Assembly (NCBI GenBank): GCA_977030845.1
Contig: OZ365112.1
Coordinates: 21,390,001 to 21,454,000, forward strand
Direction of reading: 5' to 3'
Source: Fimbriosthenelais zetlandica
Lineage: Eukaryota
DNA: 64,000 bases
Under the pieces are notes generated by a model. It was given only the letters and a program-made list of their open reading frames with translations, did not search any database and had not been told where the DNA came from. The translations under genes and the position numbers were made by a program. Positions 62,501 through 64,000 of this stretch are shown one piece after another (the stretch's first letter is position 1; each line of letters begins with the position of its first letter).

Positions 62501-64000
62501 GAAGATAATATGGTATTTGACGTAGGTGGATCACATTCTGTCGTATTTCGACAACCATGCACCTCTCAAGATCGTCTTTATCCTCAGCGCAGCAAGCGCA
62601 AAGGCATTGCGACAATATTAATATCAAACGAGTTTGAAGCATTATGCTCAGCAACTGCTCATGGGAATTCCAACTTGTATGGGGAGTACGAACTTAAGGT
62701 GCCCACACACTATAATCCGATTTTACATCCGGCTCCATCCGATAGTTGTACGATTCAATATTTCTCTTCACATGCAATGCTTGTAATTAGATAGTCCGAT
62801 ACACATAGGTAAGGGTAAACACTGAGACAATTCCAATCATTGGAGGTCTTTGGGAATAGGGGATCGGATGGCGACGGAATGGAGAATCGGATTAGTGTGT
62901 GGGCACCTTCATTACATGTAGTACATGAAGATGAAGGTCAATGGAAATCCATGACACCATATATGGGTGAAATAACAAGTTGCAGAAATAAATCCATCAT
63001 GTTTGCATGTATTACTATAGACGCACTACATGAAGGTCAAATGAAAGGCTATGACACCACATATGAGTAAAATATCAAGTTGCAGATATACATTCTCTAC
63101 GCGCGTAACCTGCATTCTCGTCTTGATCACAAGCTGCACATGCAATGTTTTGTTGGTCGCACAAGAAATACTTTTTGTCTGTTTAGCCCACTGGTTTTAA
63201 GCGTTCCTCCTCCACAGGTGATCCCTTTTTCTTCTCTGAACTTCTCGGATTCTTTAATCCAGTTTATTGGATCACCTTTGACTTTTAAGTTTGATTCAAT
63301 TTTTCATTGGACAATTTTAAATTTATCCCACAGCATCAGATAAACAGTGCAAACGGTGCATGTTGTGGTCAATAAGTGCAATCTTAAATTCGAGACTACA
63401 TATAGTAGGTCATCTTATAATTGAACTCAATTCATAGACCAACGGGACAAGAGTGAAAGGACTTAAAGAAATAAGTGACGCCCACGTCATCTGTCGCTTT
63501 CCGTATAACAGTGGAAGTAAACTGTATGACCGTGCACAGCTTGCGACCTTTGGCACAGGATGACAATTGCCTTCTCCTGTCTGTAGGTAGTTGCTGATTG
63601 CTTATTATCTTCTTCTCTGGAGATTTGTAACTCGCTGCATTCTGATGTTACATGCCTGAGTTAATTACAACAGAGCAGAATGGTGCTCGATCATTGCAAC
63701 ATGAGCAAGTCAAAAGGGGATATCTCTGACTTTAGACTGAAATACCATTCTTGAGCACATCCATTCCCTACTTAAAACACACATTTTCGATTCAAAAGAG
63801 ACCTCTCTATATTTCTGCATGAACGGATTTTAGCTTGTGACGAAATATTTCGAAAGACACAGACTTCCATGACCTTATGCAATTTCATGAAATGCAGATA
63901 CTAAGGTAGATATAATACTGCAATCACTGGTTTATTATGTGGCGGTGTAACTATTTAAAGCTTAGATCAATTGACATGCTATGTTCAGTATCAGTTACAC

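Overview
Eukaryotic, intron-containing, AT-rich DNA from an invertebrate bilaterian; the lineage cannot be fixed from sequence alone. In order: (1) 3' end of the last coding exon of an MMD/MMD2 (PAQR10/11-type) gene; (2) an intact tRNA-Cys(GCA) on the minus strand; (3) head-to-head with it, a compact spliced gene (about 3.9-11.1 kb) that the ORF track mostly misses. By hand it assembles into a single-pass membrane protein with a tiny ectodomain, a SAM-like domain, a C-terminal death domain and a terminal -YHSII tail. It has two alternative first coding exons and a perfect RFX X-box in its promoter; (4) a two-exon Gbx/unplugged homeobox gene (30267-38225, 471 aa) inside a large region with no other recognisable coding gene and many candidate cis-regulatory blocks; (5) a tandem pair of ~95-nt RNA polymerase III-type, tRNA-Ser-like sequences with a CCC 'anticodon', long variable arm and non-canonical acceptor stem (50060-50340); (6) a Tc2/pogo-like MITE, a strong G-quadruplex tract and small repeats. 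The best candidates for something undescribed are the TM-SAM-death-domain protein and the tRNA-like ncRNA pair. All domain and motif calls are by eye; no database search was run.
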